DNA of 64,000 bases from Vezdaea acicularis (GCA_026025075.1 JAPEUI010000085.1:1-64000), one strand, 5' to 3'; shown: positions 35,952 through 48,310, numbered from the stretch's first letter. Made by a program: numbers and translations. The notes: generated by a model from the letters alone, not told the origin.

Positions 35952-37342
35952 ATGGACGCATTCTGGGCGGCTCCCCCAATAACCAGGTATGCGTTATACA
36001 GCTTTGTAGTACTCAATACATTTGGATCAACTTTGTCTGACAGCTGTATAGGACACTTGCAGCCGCTACCCTCGCTACGTCCGTCCTCGTATATGGAGGG
36101 TTCATAGAAGTCAGACTTGTAATATTTTATTTGCCATGGTTGCTGAAGTTACCACCACAACTTTGGCGCCTAGTCACGCCATTCCTCCTAACAGGTCCGA
36201 AATGGGCCGTCATCTTCGATACATATTTTCGTACGTTCCTCTCTCCAAGCGCAAGCTGCTTTTAGCGTGCTAAGATTCACCTAGTCTATACATACGGTAC
36301 TGCGTTAGAAACAGGGTCTCCGCGGTTCAGTAAGAAAGGGGACTTCTTCATTTTCATCATTTTCTCGTGTGTTGCAATCATAGTAAGTCAAGGTGTTTCT
36401 TTTTCAAAGCGCCGTTTTGGTCGACAACAAGTTAGCGTACATCCTTCAACTACCACTAGACTGCTCTTTGAGCACGTGTTACTGTCGTGTCTTTACAACC
36501 TCCTATATCTGCCCGCCCAGTTTTCCTAGCTGAAGCGGTTCCTGAAAGTGAGGGATATTGCCCTTGCGCTTCATACTTGTCGTCATTCGCAAACTGTCAA
36601 TCAAAGAGACTTGTATGCGGCGCAGGCATGGTGAGAATCCAGGAAGACAGCTTGTAGCAACATCTATTTGTTGGAGGCCCTTCTTGGTTCACTACATTAA
36701 GATGATCCCCTCTGTTTTGCGACAATGCGCTGCACGAATGCTACATCATCACAGATCGGCAATGATTACATCTTACTGTTTGAAGGCAATGTATATTACT
36801 TTGCTAACTCACGCAAAAAAAGGCCATGAATGCAGCTTATTTGGGCGGCTATGTTTTCAATGCAGGTACGTGTAGTGTTTCCTTGAGTTGAAGCACATGA
36901 GCTAAGATTAAGCGTAGCGCTATGCCTTGCACTGGCATACATATACTCACAAGATAACCGCGGGCGAAAGGTGAAGTTTGTCGTCGTACCTATCCCTGTT
37001 TTATGGCTACCGTATGCCATGCTAGTGATGACCCTCGTCATGGATGGCCCTCAAGCCGCTTTGATACAGGCATCAGGACTGCCAGCTGCTCATCTCTTTG
37101 ATTTTCTCACGCGCTTATATCCGACGTTTGGAGGGGGAAAGAATTATATCCAGACTCCTTATTTCGTCACCAAATGGTTCGGGGGTGACGGTCCTAGCCC
37201 TATAACGAGAGCGTATGGCACAGTCCTCGCTCGTGCGCCTGCAGCTCAGCCAAATAGTAGGCAAGGGCCTTCCAGGATACCTTCGGGCATTTCAAACCTA
37301 TGGAGCGGGCGGGGAACTGGACGACGGTTGGGAGGGGAGTAA
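35952..37342 (+). CDS. Derlin-family ERAD rhomboid pseudoprotease (Dfm1-like, C-terminal SHP box), 5 exons
   Basis: MDAFWAAPPITR|TL..., PQLWRLVTPF (WR motif), GDFFIF, LPYAML, GLPAAHLFDFL, C-terminal WSGRGTGRRLGG*. Confidence 0.9.
36500..36750 (+). ncRNA. Candidate structured intronic ncRNA (H/ACA snoRNA-like) in derlin intron 3
   Basis: 440-nt intron (36383-36822) containing stems CCGC.CAGTT/AGCTG..GCGG, TTCCTG/CAGGAA, CTTGCGC..CATAC/GTATG..GCGCAGG, and TGTAGCA/TGCTACA ending in ACA. Confidence 0.6.
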
Positions 37343-38065
37343 AGCTTTGCACATGATCATCGGCATGTAAAATTAGGCGTTCACAGACTGGTCCTGGCGC
37401 GAAAAAGTCTCTATTTCAGTTTACTAGGCAACCTCTTGAAGGGCCAGTTCTTGCATACTATGGTTATTTAGGTCTTTCGGCAGGGAATGCACGACTCAAA
37501 GACTCGGATACTCCTCCTTTTCACATGTTTGGGGCCTAGAAACTCTTCAGATTTCGCTCAAATTGAACGAATAGAGTTTGCCAAAGCGTCGAAGATGATA
37601 ACCTTGGTATTCTAATTGAGCATTAACCTGACTATAGAAATTTTCCTTATTTCATCCAGACTAAATAATAGAGACCGTAGCATGACCTCCGCTCAACCCG
37701 GCACTGGGACCGCTGTGACCCTCCGCATCACGTAAACCTCTATGGATATGGCTGCAGGGAAGCTCTGGGCCATCAAATATCAGCATTCAATGGTATATGG
37801 AAATCCATTGACTTATTCCCATGTATGTACTGGTAGTGATAGCTGTTGCTTCTACTCTGCATGCTGCCTGTAGCCAATAGTCACGTGGTCAGCACTTGGC
37901 GAGCCCCCACGAGAAACTCAAGTTAAATTTTGTGAGCTTGGATTCAATCTGCTAATGCTGCGACAAACAAGTATAACGCATTCAATTCTCACATGAATTT
38001 TCCCGAGAAATTTGGGAACTGCAGTGAAGTTTTGGGAGTAGCTGCTGTCAGACCTAGCCATTACA

Positions 38066-39747
38066 ATGGCTATCAAACCCACAGACTCAGAACCTGACTA
38101 CACCATCAAACCCCAAGCTTCAGTTCCTGAGATTGACACTTCCGAGTGGCCGCTACTACTGAAGGACTATGATAAACGTACGTCATGAGACTACTAGATG
38201 TGACTCAAGATCTCCTTACTAAAAAGTCTATTCAAGTACTTGTGCGGACAGGTCATTTTACGCCAATTCCAAATGGATGTACGCCACTCAAGCGTGACCT
38301 CAAATCCTACATAAGCTCTGGAGTAATAAACCTCGACAAACCATCAAACCCCTCGAGCCATGAAGTTGTTGCATGGGTAAAACGAATGCTGAGGTAAGCA
38401 CATATCCGCATACAAGCAGTAATTGTTGGCAAGCTGACTGGCTCGTAGGGTAGAGAAGACTGGGCATAGTGGAACACTAGATCCCAAGGTGACCGGATGT
38501 TTGATTGTGTGTATTGATCGTGCCACGCGATTAGTAAAGTCTCAACAAGGGGCTGGGAAAGAGTACGTTTGTGTGATTCGATTACACGACAAGCTCCCTG
38601 GCGGGGAGGCTCAGCTTGCCAGGGCACTAGAGACACTTACTGGCGCTCTATTTCAACGGCCGCCTTTGATATCAGCTGTTAAACGCCAACTTCGGATAAG
38701 AACAATTCACGAGAGCAAATTATACGAGTTCGACAATGATAGGCATTTAGGTGTTTTCTGGGTATCCTGCGAAGCAGGCACGTACATCCGAACGTTATGT
38801 GTGCATCTTGGTCTCTTACTCGGCGTTGGTGCACATATGCAAGAGCTGCGGAGAGTTAGGAGTGGAGCTATGGATGAGCAGGACGGGATGGTCACGTTGC
38901 ACGATGTACTTGACGCCCAATGGGTGCAAGATAATACCAGGGACGAGTCCTACTTGCGGAAGGTCATTAGCCCCCTTGAAAGTCTCCTCACAACATACAA
39001 ACGGATTGTTGTTAAAGATAGCGCTGTGAACGCTGTATGCTACGGTGCAAAGCTAATGATACCTGGCCTTCTCAGATACGGTAAGCTTCCCCGATAAGTC
39101 AATGATATACCTTCGCTGACACCCATTATTTAGAGGCTGGAATTGAGGTCCATGAGGAGGTAGTTCTGATGACTACGAAAGGCGAGGCTATTGCGCTTGG
39201 AATTGCTCAGATGTCAACGGTGGAGCTCACAACATGCGATCACGGTGTCGTCGCGAAAGTCAAGCGGTGCATCATGGAAAGGGATCTGTACCCAAGAAGA
39301 TGGGGTCTCGGCCCTGTAGCGGTTGAGAAGAAGAAGATGAAAGCAGATGGTACCCTTGATGTAAGGCATTCGCGTTTGATAGCTAGTCCACGATTGATGC
39401 TAACAAGACTTTAGAAATATGGACGTGCAAATGAAGCAACTCCAGCTAAATGGCAAGCTGAATACAAAGACTTCACCGCTCCCCTAGATGGCACGGTGTC
39501 AAAGGCTGAGGCTGAAACGACCTCCAAAGAGGGTGTGCCTCCCAGTATACCGGAACCTCCTCTCCCAACATCGGACGTCGAAATGGAGAATGGGGACGAG
39601 GATGGCAAGAAGAGGAAACGAAAGGAAGGGGAAACAGTGGAGGAGAAGGCAGAGAGGAAGCGCAAGAAGAAAGAGAAGAAGGAAAAGAAGGAGAAAAAAG
39701 CGAAAAAGAAATCGAAACATGCAGAGGAAAGTGGTGATAGCGACTGA
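38066..39747 (+). CDS. CBF5: H/ACA RNP pseudouridine synthase Cbf5/dyskerin
   Basis: [57 protein letters not shown] domain, KKE-rich tail. Confidence 0.97.
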
Positions 39748-40636
39748 GAAGTGAATGGCGATTTATAATGAGCACTTTATGCTGCGTTTCGCCTCGTTGC
39801 GTTGCAATGCTGTCTGCGCTGTATCATAAGCTGAAACAGGAGTCCCGGTGGATGCTACTGTGGTTTTGAACAATACTCCGAGTTGTAGATACTGTTTTAA
39901 AATCAGAAGGATGATAGTGGGGCTCTTCCCAGATGTTCTCTCTTCCCAACTCTCTAGAATAATAGTGTGTTACGATAGCGCTAATCATCAAATCATGTTA
40001 GTGGTATGAATCGCTTCAGCCACTTTGGAAGCCACTACTACTGGAGTTTGGCGCCTTCGCTAAACACGCACGTTTCGCCTTCCCCTATCATAGCTTCGGA
40101 AAAGGGCCGCCCCGTGGTATTGCGCTTGCTCGAACACTGTTCAGGACCGCCATTGACCTTCGCGATCTGACCTCTCCATTCTCAATTTCAACTTTTCTAG
40201 ATTGTAAGGTAGGGAGCTTCTGTGGTGGCTAAGTTGCGACATTATCGAGTCCTTTTGGCGCTGTTTCGACACGTAAATCGAGACCAGACCGTGGACTAGC
40301 TTGCTGTGCTCCACTAGTCTAACATCTTTGCCATTTTCGAGGTTCTCAGATCGGCAACAATCTTTCTGCATGTACGGTGAATTATTTTGAGCGCAAAGTG
40401 TCAGAAGTGGCTCCATAAAGACTCCACAACCTATTACTCGGAGAACTTGGTAGACAAGGGTTAGTTGACTGTTCTCAATTACAACTGCCAAGGCAAAAGC
40501 TTACAAGAAGTCGAGGTATTAATCTTAGGGTTTCCCTCAGTCAACGGCCCTTCAGATCATCATAGATATCCCAACGGGCAAGCGGAGGAGGGGTCAGAGC
40601 GTTGAAGGAGGCTCGAGAGAGATCCCCGGATCTAAA

Positions 40637-41467
40637 ATGGAGGAGAAGGTGGAGAGTCGGCCAGATGAGCCAGTGGAGCCACAGCCAGCTCAGCCCCTGC
40701 GCATGTCAGCCAAAACAAGTACGGATACCGATGTGGAGCAAGGTCATAAGCCATATGAAGCGCCACCGCTTCGAGCAAGCGTTCCCGATCTGCGCCCTGA
40801 TACCCAGGAAACCTTCACAAAAGCACCGGGCACTGCCGGAAGGGGGGCAGCTTCCATGAACGATGAATCGACTTGGGGACCGGCACATCCATGCTTTCCC
40901 CATCCTAATCCCCATGTCCCACTTTCTTCGCCTTTATACAGCACAACCCGCATTATACGAATAAAGCGGGATTGGATGATTGCAGGCGACCTCGCGCCAA
41001 CCTTTTCGAACATCTATCCGCAGATTCTAGAACCCTTATTATCAGAAGATGAGTTCTGGCGGATCATCGCAAAGATCAACACAGAACTGACACAAGCTTA
41101 TAACCCTTGGGGGCTAAGGAATTGGTTCGACATATTCATGGGGGTTGTGACCCTCTGGCTGTGGGATGACCTAGGCTTGACTGCTGTGAAGGGCAGGCTG
41201 AGGGGGCTGGAGGACTGGATACAGGCTTGGAATAGCAAGGTTGGCGAGAAGGAAGGGGTGCAGCTTATTTCGCTGAGGCGGACAGGGTATATGACTGTAA
41301 GTAATCACCAGTGCTTGACAGGCTTCGGCGGAGAGGCTTACAAGCATCAGTTGGACATACAAATACCTGTCCCGACTTTCGAAGACGAGACGGAGGCTGG
41401 GGAATCGACTGGGCCTGCACTGGAGCAAGGCTCTATACCTCAGTTCGCTCCCACTGGTCAGCAATAA
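40637..41467 (+). CDS. ERF4: Ras palmitoyltransferase subunit Erf4/Golgin A7 family (5' end uncertain)
   Basis: WGPAHPCFPHPNPHVP..TTRIIRIKRDWM.AGDLAPTFSNIYP..L, LISLRRTGYMT|LDIQIP. Confidence 0.85.
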   Translation: MEEKVESRPDEPVEPQPAQPLRMSAKTSTDTDVEQGHKPYEAPPLRASVPDLRPDTQETFTKAPGTAGRGAASMNDESTWGPAHPCFPHPNPHVPLSSPLYSTTRIIRIKRDWMIAGDLAPTFSNIYPQILEPLLSEDEFWRIIAKINTELTQAYNPWGLRNWFDIFMGVVTLWLWDDLGLTAVKGRLRGLEDWIQAWNSKVGEKEGVQLISLRRTGYMTVSNHQCLTGFGGEAYKHQLDIQIPVPTFEDETEAGESTGPALEQGSIPQFAPTGQQ

Positions 41468-41992
41468 TCAGCCTGTGAAGCACAGTTTCTTTTGTATTGC
41501 ACTTACTTTATCCGAGCCACGAGACGCCCAACCATCTACAGCATCTCAATAATACCCGTCTGTTGTTTCTCCTTGCTAAGCTACGGCGTACGTACGAGGG
41601 AGATGATGATTAATTCGGCAATCGAATTGAGAGCTATTGTATTATAGCGAACGTGATATGACTAGTCGAGTCGCACAGCTTTGTAGCCATATCGTATCAG
41701 ATTGAGTAGATTGAGTATTTCTACTTAGAGACCGACTAGTCTCTAGGATATCTATTCATACAAGCCTATCCTCCCCATTCTACGTCTTGTCTAAGATGTC
41801 TAAAACCTAAAGAACCTGCGCCGGGAAATGCTTCGTTGAGAGCATTGATAACTCAAATATCCTTAAAAATCCAGTATACTTCAGTCCAGTTGAAATGAAC
41901 CATGAGATCAACTCTATCATATGTCGCAATACAGTATTCGACTTACATAAGAGAGATGGATCAAAGTTAAGCTGACGATGGTTTCACTGAGC

Positions 41993-44881
41993 CTACAGAT
42001 TAGATGTCCTTGACCCATTCATAAGTTGCTCCGTAAGCGGCTCCGTCAGCTGAGATTGGATGCCTGGCATTGGTACGGGTGCCTGAGCCGGACGCCTCCA
42101 CGGTTGCAACAACTCTTCACGCCTTTTCGCACGTTTTCCCTTCTCCTCTTCAATTGCCGAAGCCACGTATTTAGGGTCGAATGCAGACAAGAGGCTAGCT
42201 TCCTTCACACCTCGTTCCTCAAACTCGGCTTCAGGTTCACTTAGCGCAGTGATGGCACCACCGGCCCCTATACTCCAGTGATCGACTCTCTTCGTAACAT
42301 GCTGTTTGGCTTCCGATGAGCAGAGGTCGTGCCATTCTCGAAACTCGGAATTCACATCAAGAACGCGGACCTTTCTGAGCCCTTTTTCGTGTTTAACAGC
42401 GCTCCGTATGATAACCGAGAAGTCACCTCCACCACCCACATCTAGATAGCCAATAACTCCAGAGTATATTCCTCTAGGCTTCTTTTCGATTGATTTCAAG
42501 ATCTCGCATGAGCGTCTCTTAGGGGCTCCTGTCATAGATCCCGCTGGAAGGGCATTACGCAAAATGTCTAGTCCGGTCTTTGAAGGGCGTTGGTTGCTGT
42601 GTAACACGCTAATGCGCTGACCACCCCTGCTTCTATCCATAGCTTTTTCAGTAACGCGCGGGTCTTTGGGAAGCCTGTTGGTCTGCAACGAGCCTTGAAT
42701 AGTTGAAACAAGTTGATACACAGAGTGATGCTCCTCAGTTGCCAACAGCTTGTGGACCCAGACGTTTCCAGAACCGAGGACGCCATACAGATCATGCCTG
42801 ATGAGGTCTGTAATCATAAGATTCTCACCCAGTTCTTTTGGAGTATTGAGGATCTCTTCAGCTTCCTTTAAAGATACCTTGGAACCTGAAGCGTTGTTAT
42901 ATTTCTTGACGGTGCCTTTCATTGGCTTCATTTCACAAACCCCATCGCGACTCCATCGGAGGAAACGCTCCGGACTACTACTGACGATGGTTGTGGCAGT
43001 GCTTCTAAAATATGCAGCATACGTAGCAGGATTGACTTTCCGTACTGTCTTGTAGATTTCCCAGTCGAGGTCTTCGTCGCCAATACAACCCCGCAATAAG
43101 TCAAATTCGCGTGCAGCAGTCAAACAGAGTTCATAGGAATCGCCTTCTTTGATTCGCTCTTGACATGTCCGAATCTTCTCTTGGTATTCAGCTTCTTCAG
43201 GACCAGACCCTACTAATGAGCCGGAGTCGAGGTATTCAACCAATCTATGAGCTTTGCTTGCCAAACAGTCCTCCCTCAGATTGAAATCTGCGTCTTCGCT
43301 AGATTCAAATCCCTCACTGGCTGATGAACTGGCTCTCCCATCTAAGTATGGGTACGGAGTGATGAGGTCACTTTGTTCAATCCTCATGATATTTCGAAGG
43401 ACCTGATTTTTCCACGCCGAATCGTTTGGTAAGAGGCTTTGAATATGAATATGCCCTTTTAGATGGTCTATCACCAAGCTGCGTTGGACGAAGGCAAGAT
43501 CCATATCAAACGGCGCTCCTGAAGCCTCCGTGTGTATATTCGCCGCTTCAAGCCCCATTTCGTAAGAGAAGTATCCTACCAGGCCACCCTGAAAAGGTGG
43601 AGGATCGTATGGCGATGGTGTTTTAATTTCACATTTGTGCATCTCCATAAACCTAGCTAGCCAATGCCATACGGAGAGTCGGCTTGACGAAGGAATTTGG
43701 TTAGAGGTGTCTCTTTCCTTCTCACTTCCGTGCAGCATCACATTGATACCCCGAGACCCTACTCGATACCTCAATCGAAGAGTAGACCTTATAATCAAGG
43801 GACATACTATCGAGTAGCGTCCAGTCGCGGTCGAATCTATTGTCTCTCCATTTACTACTTTAGGGAAGGGCATGACTGATTCAAGCAAGATGAAATCCTT
43901 TGCTTGAAGCCCAAGCCCCTCGCACAGGTCCACTGCTGAGATATTGTGTGTCATGGTAAGAACAAGGCTTGTTTCGCAGGAGGATATGCTTATAGGAGGT
44001 ATCGAAGGTCGTAGTGGACATCGGTACGCGTCAAGCTCACTGAGAAGGGTCTGGCCATCCGCGATATGTGAAGAGTTCCCACGCACTTTCCAAGGAGTAC
44101 AGTCTCCCAGTAATTCAGGAGCCCCAGACTTCCTAGGAGTCCTCCCTGTAACTTCGTTCCACTTGTGAGCTTCCCTCCACCATTTTCCAATTATTTTCTT
44201 TCCCTCTTCATTTGTACATATTGATTCCGGATGATACTGAACACCCCAAAAAGGTTTCAAGGCATGCCTTATTGCCATCAATATCGTCCCGTTGATCTTG
44301 TCGTAATCGAAGGCAAGAGGTAGAAGCTCCGGACATCGTTTCGTTGGCCTCCATATGTCTTGCCGCATCTCCGCGGCGGTTGCATGAAGATTCACTGTTA
44401 GGGAATGGTAATTTGTTACCTCAAGTGATGCAGTATCGTCGTATATGTCGGCTCCATCCTTGACTAGTACATGCTTAGAAACACAGCCGTGTCGCGGTTG
44501 CTCGAGGTGCTCAATGCTTGCACCAAAGGCAAGAGCCAGACTCTGAAAACCCAAACAAATGCCGAGTACTGGAAGTAGGTTTTGATGTGAGAGACACCAT
44601 ATATCTTTGACGATACCAATATCTATTTTCAGTTCCGGGTTTCCCGGGCCTGGTCCTACGACAAGAGCGTCGAAATTTGATAGGAGTGCAGATAGCGCAT
44701 CGGCAGAAAGTCCGCAATCTATCTTGATAGTGTAAATAGAGACATCTTCAATTTTCTCTGCCAACAAATCTAGAATATTATTCGAAAAGGAGTCGTATGC
44801 GTCAATGTAGAGTATTCTGGGCCCGGTCTGACAGCTTTCGTTCCTGGATGAAACAGGCTGTGAGGACATCATAGGAGCCAT
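41993..44881 (-). CDS. ABZ1: Bifunctional aminodeoxychorismate (PABA) synthase, GATase + MST domains
   Basis: IDAYDSFSNN, GPGPG, GICLGFQ, YHSL, VQYHPES triad; GDSYELCLT, SSSPERFL, KPMKGT, ENLMITDLIRHDL, LPAGSMTGAPKRRSCE, RGIYSGVIGY, GAGGAITALS. Confidence 0.95.
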   Translation of the reverse strand: MAPMMSSQPVSSRNESCQTGPRILYIDAYDSFSNNILDLLAEKIEDVSIYTIKIDCGLSADALSALLSNFDALVVGPGPGNPELKIDIGIVKDIWCLSHQNLLPVLGICLGFQSLALAFGASIEHLEQPRHGCVSKHVLVKDGADIYDDTASLEVTNYHSLTVNLHATAAEMRQDIWRPTKRCPELLPLAFDYDKINGTILMAIRHALKPFWGVQYHPESICTNEEGKKIIGKWWREAHKWNEVTGRTPRKSGAPELLGDCTPWKVRGNSSHIADGQTLLSELDAYRCPLRPSIPPISISSCETSLVLTMTHNISAVDLCEGLGLQAKDFILLESVMPFPKVVNGETIDSTATGRYSIVCPLIIRSTLRLRYRVGSRGINVMLHGSEKERDTSNQIPSSSRLSVWHWLARFMEMHKCEIKTPSPYDPPPFQGGLVGYFSYEMGLEAANIHTEASGAPFDMDLAFVQRSLVIDHLKGHIHIQSLLPNDSAWKNQVLRNIMRIEQSDLITPYPYLDGRASSSASEGFESSEDADFNLREDCLASKAHRLVEYLDSGSLVGSGPEEAEYQEKIRTCQERIKEGDSYELCLTAAREFDLLRGCIGDEDLDWEIYKTVRKVNPATYAAYFRSTATTIVSSSPERFLRWSRDGVCEMKPMKGTVKKYNNASGSKVSLKEAEEILNTPKELGENLMITDLIRHDLYGVLGSGNVWVHKLLATEEHHSVYQLVSTIQGSLQTNRLPKDPRVTEKAMDRSRGGQRISVLHSNQRPSKTGLDILRNALPAGSMTGAPKRRSCEILKSIEKKPRGIYSGVIGYLDVGGGGDFSVIIRSAVKHEKGLRKVRVLDVNSEFREWHDLCSSEAKQHVTKRVDHWSIGAGGAITALSEPEAEFEERGVKEASLLSAFDPKYVASAIEEEKGKRAKRREELLQPWRRPAQAPVPMPGIQSQLTEPLTEQLMNGSRTSNL

Positions 44882-45541
44882 AGAATTGGTTTCGGAGATA
44901 AATGCTGCTCCTATCTTACAAGGGATTGCACCTACTTACTTAAGCCGATACGGCAAGACATCCACTTATCTTGGCGCTTCACTTTGAGGCCAGACTATAA
45001 AGAACAGAGATTAAAGCAAAACAGAAAGACTCAATATATGTACAAGCCTTAACACGGATAAGTGCAAGTGTTGAGAATATCTCAGGCCGGGTTCATGCGT
45101 CATGCGCGGTCTCAGAGCCAGGTAGATATTTTCACGCCGCTCATGATGACTCGATAAACGGATCAGCGATTGACCAGATGCTGGGGAATTGAAAATGCGT
45201 CTGCACAGTTACGTTGTTGGAGAGGCACAGGAAGAAAGAACCTTTGCGATCATGGAACACATGATACACCAGAGAGAGAGCAGAGCCAAAAGGATAATTA
45301 GATAAGTTACGGAATATGCGCTTGTAGGAAATTTTTCGGAAGCGATCTTCATGTCGATGCAGGGACCATGGCACTACCGAGAGGGCTGCATATGCACTAG
45401 GACTTCAGGGATGGTTCGGGTAATCGCAGAGCTCATGCCTACAATTCTGCACCATGAAACGTTGATAAAGAGCCGAACAGTGAGATATTGACCCGTGGCA
45501 TAGGTTTTTGGATGTGAAAGGCGCCTTCATTGCCAGCGCCA

Positions 45542-46724
45542 ATGTCTGTCCATCAAGAGCCCCCACTAGACGAAATCCAATGGAGATCTCCCCCCTTGGC
45601 CCAAAGTATGGGTCACATTCATACAAACACAAGTCGGTCCAACAGTCCTTAGTATAAGGTCATATTGCCCCTACGGCTAGGCTGACAAGCAATAGTCTTA
45701 CCTTACTTCTCGCACTCACCTTTCTTCGATGCGACCTCCAATAATCAAGTGCTTACAACACAAGCCATGTACAACCAGCAAATGTATCACTTCATACAAA
45801 CCCGGGAGGCATTTGAGGGTCGGCTTAAGACGATGTCAGGTCTAGAATTTATGGTTGCTGAAACGCCTACGCCAGAGCCCGTCGTTGCTGGGGGACGACT
45901 TCAATCTGAAACTACAGGTGTGTGGGCTATTCGGAAGCAGACGAGGCGGAAAAGGCCCGGGTTTGCCGATGAGATAACAATACACAACACCTACTACGTT
46001 GTAGGCTTAAACATATATATGGCCCCGTCGGTCGGTGCTGTTCTTAGAAGTCGAATAGTGAGTGGTTGAACCCAACTCTCAGAGGCATAGTGACATTTAG
46101 CAAAGTGTGAAGAGGGGAGAAACGAAAGCTAACCCATTTCTGCAGCTATCGACTGTCACAAATTTGACACAATTTTTCCAGACTGCTTCCGCCCTCCCGA
46201 ATTTTTCACCTGCATATGGATACTCTTACCTTCAACCTTCAGGGAGATCCCTTACTGCCACGACTGCATCCCAGTCAAGTCGCCTCAGCGTAGAACCGGA
46301 CGCTGTTACCAAAGAAGTCAATCAGAAGGTCGCGATCGCAACAGCCAAGGGATCTCAAAATGCGCAAGACTTAAGAACGCTAGCAGAAGCATTCAATCTC
46401 AGTCAAAGGCATCAAGACGATTACATGGATTTGACGCCATTGAAGGGTGAACCCGGGAAATTCATATCCATGGCTTCACAACAGCAACGTGACTCTCAAG
46501 CATCAAACAATACTAAGCCAGTCCCACCAGTCAAATCAACATCAACTCCTGTCATAGAGGCACAGGAGAAGGTGGAGAAAGCGGAAGTTTTGGGTCTAAA
46601 TGAAAGAAAGGGTAGTAAGGGTGGAGCTAAGAGTCCCACGAGCCCAACTATGCCCCCAAAACCCAAGAGAAGGAAAAGCAAAGCTGCACCCCAATCAGCT
46701 ACAAGTACAACGGCTCCACAATGA
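45542..46724 (+). CDS. MED6: Mediator subunit 6, 3 exons
   Basis: PPLDEIQWRSP...IHTNT|ILPYFSHSPFFDATSNN, FEGRLKTMSGLEFMV, VWAIRKQTR, YYVVGLNIYMAPSV. Confidence 0.92.
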
Positions 46725-47021
46725 TCGGTCAAGGCGTTTGAGGGTATCTCCTTTTCTAAGGATCGGGGGAAAGGGGCAAGCATGATAGTGGAGTTAGCGT
46801 TCGAACAATGGAATATTTTCACTGAAATGAAGCGTGAGCTGATCACTTCTCATATGTGACCAATAAGCATTCGCGTCAGTTGGCTTTCTCGATGGTCTAG
46901 GTGGGAGTGACGATGTCCCGATCATCTGCATATGGAACGATAGAAATCAGACCCGCCATTAGCCGCACCTTGAGCTTTCTTCATTCCAGAAGACTTATTT
47001 TCTCTCCATCAAGATGCAATC

Positions 47022-48310
47022 ATGACAAGTGATCCCAAAACTCGTGAACCACAATTCCCGCCTAATTCCTCTCCGCGGGTTTGGTTCATCACTTCGGCAG
47101 CCTCACCTTTAGCCACAGCGTTAATTCGCCACCTGCTTACCCACGGCGATTATGTTGCCGCGGGTACGATCAGACGCGATTTCGAGAGCGAAAATGAGAG
47201 AAGTGAAGAGCTACTTCAACTATCCGCGGAACATTCAGATGTCGAGACAAATAGAAACCACAAAGGAAAGTTAAAGATCATTGATGTAGACTGCAGGTGT
47301 GCGTCCCCACATAAGTGCTAGTCAACTTCATTGCAATTAATGCTAGTATGCTAATTCTGACCTTTGTTCAGAAATCTTGCACAGTGCCAGGCAGCCATAG
47401 CTACAGTTGTACAGACCTGGGAGAAGATCGATGTGCTGTTTTGCTGCAGTTCAGAAGGTTTGACCTCTTGTAGAGGATAGGCGCAGCGAGATCTAACACA
47501 AAGCAATGCAGCCCTTGTCGGAGCTGTCGAGGAACTGTCTGCTTCTACAGCATTGGAGTTGCTTGTTTGTGATCAATTTGAGACCAATTACTTTGGTATG
47601 GTGAACATCATTAAGACTATACTACCCTCCATGCGAGGCAAGAAGAACGGACATATCATAATTCTGACTGGAATCACCGGGCACATCGGAACGCCAGGCT
47701 TTGCGATGTACTGTGCGGCCCAATGGGCTTTGGAGGGCTTTTGCGACGTATGCTGGACCCAAAAAATGTAGATTCCAAGACACGTGGCTGACCAGTATAG
47801 AGTCTGGCCTACGAAATTGCTCCTTTCAACATCAAGCTAACAATTGTTCAGCCGAACCTGGAGGTCAATGTCTTGACAAACAAGGTTATCTTTGCACCAG
47901 CAATGCCCGAATATACGCCAGAGTCCAATCCCGCGCCGCACATCCGCGAGATCCTAGTTAATACTATCAACCGCTCTCAAGAAAGCATGGCGACAACCAC
48001 AGATGGGCGAATACGGCCTAGCTTATCAAGATCTCCTAACGCAATCACCTCGCTATACCCTATCTTGCCCTCATCAACTAAGAATGCCCTCGTGTCTGAA
48101 ACGATATTTGCCTTGGCTGCAATCGGAGGACACGATAACCCGCCAGCGAGGCATATTGTTGGGTTTGACGGTGTCGCGTCAGTGAAAGAGAAACTGAAGA
48201 CTGTGAGTGAGGAGTTAGAAGACTTTATTGAAGTTAGTACCGCAGCAGATATCCATGTGGAGCAGGAACGTGATCATGATGTTGACGGAAAGTCGGAAGA
48301 TGAAGATTGA
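47022..48310 (+). CDS. Atypical short-chain dehydrogenase/reductase-like protein, 4 exons
   Basis: PRVWFIT, KIDVL, DQFETNYFGMVN, GHII, YCAAQWALEGFCD|SLAYEIAPFNIKLTIVQP: SDR fold with degenerate glycine-rich and YxxxK motifs. Confidence 0.85.

Noticed and set aside
45542..45640. Apparent frameshift in MED6 exon 1 at a C run
   Set aside because: Recount gives six Cs; the frame is intact (WRSPPLAQSMGHIHTNT) with a GTCGGT donor
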